DNA of 60,529 nucleotides from the NCBI GenBank assembly GCA_041565275.1, contig JBFGVE010000003.1, positions 1 through 60,529 on the forward strand, in the 5' to 3' direction. The translations under genes and the position numbers were made by a program. The notes under the pieces are model-generated. The model was not told the origin of the DNA and did no database searches. It saw only the letters and a list, made by a program, of their open reading frames with translations. Origin of the DNA: Bacteroidia bacterium. Its GTDB lineage: Bacteria > Bacteroidota > Bacteroidia > J057 > JADKCL01. Of the stretch, positions 57,279-60,529 are shown piece after piece; position 1 is the first letter of the stretch, and each line of letters starts with the position of its first letter.

Positions 57279-58607
57279 TCACATGACTCGCTTCAAGATG
57301 AACAAGACTATGATCAGGAAAACGCTCCCAAACAGCATAGGGATCCAATTGTTTTGGTTACGCTCCCTCGTCTTCCCACTGTCCGACCCTACCAACAGAT
57401 CATTTTTTTTCGACTCCACAGCAAATCCTTCTACATCGTCCTTCACAGACTGAGAAAAGGAATTTCTCAGAATATCCCACAGACCATCAAAGCCATAATC
57501 GTACCCCAGCGCCCAAATCGCTACCCCACCGAGGTTTCGGTCATTGACCAGATCATAGCGGGCTTGAATACTGGTTCCATCCGAGATCCTGATCTCGTAA
57601 CCACTGCCACTTGGATCTCTGAAAGCGGACCAGTTCTCCCGGCCCACCGGATCCAGCTCAACCGAATAATTGTAATTTCGTTTGAGGTTTCTATAGGTAA
57701 TCAATTCAGGGGGCCTTTCAAACTGCTTTCCGAGTGATGTATCCGGGTGAAGCTTCCATTTCCAAGAATAATTGGGAACGCTGAGAATCATGTTCTCTTT
57801 GGGGATACCTGCTTTTAACCAATTGGAAATGCAGGCGTCAACGCTCTTATCCTCCCAATAACTCCCGGACCACAGAGGGGCTACCGGCCCGGCTGTCAGG
57901 CTACCCTTCCAGTCGTAAGGTTTTACCACAAACCGGTTCACCAGCAGACGAAGAGAATTAACGTCAAATGCCTTTTCTTCATCCTTTCCGGGAAGACAAA
58001 CCGTGATGCCGACTTTGGGCAGGTGCTTTGCCAGGCTGTCTTTCAATTGGCGAACCAGCTTGGTAAAAGCATCGCGTTGATCACCGGGTAGGGCTTCAAA
58101 ATCAAGGCAGACACCGTCTCCGCCGCGAAGTCGTACCAAAGCCACTACACTGTCCACCAAAGTCGTTACCGATTGAGAATTGTTTAACAATTGACGGTTA
58201 GCTGCTTTTGATCCGGTTGCAACCGCAAGCTCCACCGCTGAACCCTTCTCATGGGCGCGGTTGATCATACGGGTGGTCTTCCAGAAATAAAGGCTTTTAT
58301 AGGATCCGGTGGCTGGGTCAACGACATAGCCGTAGTAAGCGACCATTGGTAAAAGCCCATAGTCTAAAAACTTCCAACTCGTTCCACACCAACCGGGGTA
58401 GAAACCGTAAACTTCTCTGCGCATGAAGTGCTTATTGGTGTGCCTTGGGTTTGAGGGACCGCTCAGGCCCATCACCGCATCGTAATCTGCTTCAGAACCA
58501 GCAGAGGGTGTATGAAATAATTCATGTTGGTAGTAGTGTCCTTGCTGGGCAAACAGAACAGAAGAAACCAGGAATGGAGAGAGAAGAAATATTAATTTCC
58601 GGATCAT
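57279..58607 (-). CDS. Glycoside hydrolase family 18 protein with C-terminal membrane anchor
   Basis: Signal peptide, EVYGFYPGW, DGVCLDFE, PYDWKG, AGPVAPL, LGGVAIWALGYD; C-terminal TM WIPMLFGSVFLIIVLFIL. Confidence 0.85.
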   Translation of the reverse strand: MIRKLIFLLSPFLVSSVLFAQQGHYYQHELFHTPSAGSEADYDAVMGLSGPSNPRHTNKHFMRREVYGFYPGWCGTSWKFLDYGLLPMVAYYGYVVDPATGSYKSLYFWKTTRMINRAHEKGSAVELAVATGSKAANRQLLNNSQSVTTLVDSVVALVRLRGGDGVCLDFEALPGDQRDAFTKLVRQLKDSLAKHLPKVGITVCLPGKDEEKAFDVNSLRLLVNRFVVKPYDWKGSLTAGPVAPLWSGSYWEDKSVDACISNWLKAGIPKENMILSVPNYSWKWKLHPDTSLGKQFERPPELITYRNLKRNYNYSVELDPVGRENWSAFRDPSGSGYEIRISDGTSIQARYDLVNDRNLGGVAIWALGYDYGFDGLWDILRNSFSQSVKDDVEGFAVESKKNDLLVGSDSGKTRERNQNNWIPMLFGSVFLIIVLFILKRVM

Positions 58608-58640
58608 ACCTTCAAAAATAGCAAATGAAAGGCATGATCT

Positions 58641-59216
58641 TTACTTTCTTACGCTGTTCCAGGCCATGTCAAAACATAGATCGAGCAGGGAATCTGATAA
58701 CCGGACACGGTCCTTGCGTAATTGCTTCACTATTTCGTGGCATGCCCCTCTAAGCTGGGCCTTCATTGTTCCTAGTTCCATCCGCCGTAAAAACCCTTGC
58801 TTCTGCCCCTTCAGTAGGAACTGATCATATTTTTCAAAATAACCGTCGGACACTTGGAGGTTGTTGGCCCAGATCATTCCGCTGTACCTAAACTGCTCTA
58901 TAAACTGTATTTTATCCTGTTGTTGATGGCAAAAGTGGAAATAGGTTAACCAGATCGCTTCAAAGGTTTCATAAAATGTATCTCTCTGGAGGTTTGGGTT
59001 CTGGAGGAGATCTGCGATTTCTTTTCTCGTTTTCATAAAAACCTCATTTACCAGGACCTCTTTGCTCTTATAGTAGATATATACTGTTCCTGTGGCCAAT
59101 CCGGCCTCTGACGCAACTTCGGCCATTTTCAATCCTGTGAATCCAGTCTTGACTACCAATTTTGTTGTCGCCCGTTGGATCATCTCTAACTTTTCAGGAT
59201 CTCTGCGTTTGGGCAT
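58641..59216 (-). CDS. TetR/AcrR-family transcriptional regulator
   Basis: GFTGLKMAEVASEAGLATGTVYIYYKSKEVL. Confidence 0.93.
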   Translation of the reverse strand: MPKRRDPEKLEMIQRATTKLVVKTGFTGLKMAEVASEAGLATGTVYIYYKSKEVLVNEVFMKTRKEIADLLQNPNLQRDTFYETFEAIWLTYFHFCHQQQDKIQFIEQFRYSGMIWANNLQVSDGYFEKYDQFLLKGQKQGFLRRMELGTMKAQLRGACHEIVKQLRKDRVRLSDSLLDLCFDMAWNSVRK

Positions 59217-59219
59217 TAC

Positions 59220-59891
59220 CTATAGATTCAACACTTCTTCAAAAACATTGGCCATCTGCTTGGCAAGATGTTGAAAGTGAAATGTATTCTCAATATACAC
59301 TTTATCACTCTTGTAAATTTCCCTCAACTTTGCCTTATTCCGGATCAATTGGGCCAGGGTATCTGCAATCTCGTCCTGATTTTCGGGATCTATGCGGATA
59401 CAGAGACCTGCCCGCTCAATGATATGCGTACAGTCCGAGTTCGGACCGAGCACAAGTATTGGTTTCCCGATCTTGAGGTAGTCAAATATTTTTCCAGGAA
59501 TGAAAAGCGAGTCGTCAGAAGTTTCCAGGGGAAGAAATAAGACGTCACAAGCGGCCAATCGTGCGATGCTTTCTTGCTTTGAATAATAGCCCCCGATCTC
59601 AACGAGTTGGTCAACACCCATGGAAAGAGCCTGTTCAGCATTGATAGGGTCAATGAGTCCCCACAATTGGACCTGCAGATCTGGTGCTAACTCCGGGAAC
59701 TGCTCCTTGAATTTATGTAATCCTCGAAGAAGATAGTAACCTGACCGGGTATGGTGCTGCAAGGTTCGGTTGCGGTAGGTCCAGATCCAATCTGTAATGG
59801 CACGCCACCGCGGAACGAATTCCGAACCCGGGCGATGACCATTCAGGCTCCCCGAATAACCAATACGAAGTATTGAGTCATTCCTATCCAT
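59220..59891 (-). pseudogene. GT4-family glycosyltransferase, C-terminal half (frameshifted from upstream half)
   Basis: LRIGYSGSL, CDVLFLPL, IPGKIFDYLKIGKPILVLG; lacks N-terminal domain, which is the adjacent ORF in another frame. Confidence 0.75.
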
Positions 59892-60529
59892 ATCCGTTGG
59901 TTATAACAGTCATATGGTCATCTGGTACAAGATTTCGCTTTCGGTAGAGCCTTTCCATGGCTGGTGTGCAAACAACGAGTTTGTCAGCCCGGTTGTACCA
60001 CTTCCGCTCCTGACGGCGGCACCAATACCAATGAAGCTTAGAAGGCCAGGAAAAAAAATAGGCATCTGTGAAAGGGTCCCTGAGATCACAGACCCATTTA
60101 ACAGGAGTTGACTTTCTTAAGAGATAACCAAGTCGTGCAGCTGCAAAGGGGCCGGAAGAAGTGTAAATGAGGGGGATTTTTTCTTCCTTGATCAACTTCT
60201 TTGCGACCGGCAGACATGCTCCCGGCCAACGGGCTGCAGGTTCCCAGAAGAGGGGATAAAGCAGGTACCAGAATATACGAAAGAGTTTGACCCGGATCAT
60301 TGCTTTACGGAAACGCTCTGGGCGACGCGATGGAACCCGATGGATCTTTACGCCCTCGGGAAGGTCGTTCAGCAATGTTGGATCGCTGGGATAAACCCCT
60401 TCTTCGATATCCTTTAAAGTGACAGTAAGAATGTGGATTTCATACCCCATCGAATGCAAGTACCTGGTAAATTGAAGAGACCGGTTGATTCCAGGACCAC
60501 CCATAGGCGGAAAATGGTGAGCAATCATC
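59884..60529 (-). pseudogene. GT4-family glycosyltransferase, N-terminal half (probably 5'-truncated by window edge)
   Basis: IAHHFPPMGGPGINRSLQFTRYL, YTSSGPF, WVCDLRDPF, VITNGY; stops just after NGY. Confidence 0.75.

Noticed and set aside
1-60529. tRNA, rRNA, riboswitch, prophage or defence-system genes
   Set aside because: No cloverleaf, rRNA or known riboswitch consensus recognised in intergenic gaps, and no integrase, phage structural or known defence domains; a covariance-model scan (Infernal/tRNAscan-SE) would be needed to exclude divergent ncRNAs.

Overview
A 60.5-kb chromosomal window from a Bacteroidota bacterium, inferred from the type IX secretion/gliding genes, several TAnnTTTG-type promoters and grpE-dnaJ without dnaK. 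Left to right: (i) a non-coding left end with a 13-unit, 22-bp higher-order repeat array, a 43-aa lipoprotein gene below the ORF-track cutoff, and nested inverted repeats; (ii) TPR protein, GT-C-like membrane protein, a GH2-module/DUF4271-like fusion, hemC-hemD, porP/sprF and gldKLMN, ending in an intrinsic terminator; (iii) sodA, a Gfo/Idh/MocA sugar dehydrogenase, a flippase, rsmI and mog; (iv) a trypsin-like/thioredoxin fusion with both catalytic signatures lost, upstream of grpE-dnaJ; (v) a 7-heme cytochrome c-TPR lipoprotein, an ISAs1 transposase relic, an XRE regulator and an FKBP PPIase; (vi) a porV-family gene plus two tandem ~1650-aa C25 (PorU-related) peptidases; (vii) POT transporter, DUF4139-like protein, OM beta-barrel, clpS, DEDDh/GIY-YIG nuclease and a 1490-aa type-B-CTD adhesin; (viii) deoC plus an ALDH pair that looks like an ALDH16 split in frame at one TAA, then GH18, TetR and a GT4 glycosyltransferase broken by a one-base frameshift at the right edge. 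I found no rRNA, tRNA, CRISPR array or intact mobile element. All family assignments come from motif recognition by eye; no database searches were run. Best candidates for undescribed biology: the 22-bp array, the PorV + twin C25 module, the split ALDH16, the double pseudoenzyme beside grpE-dnaJ, and the tiny His/Cys lipopeptide.
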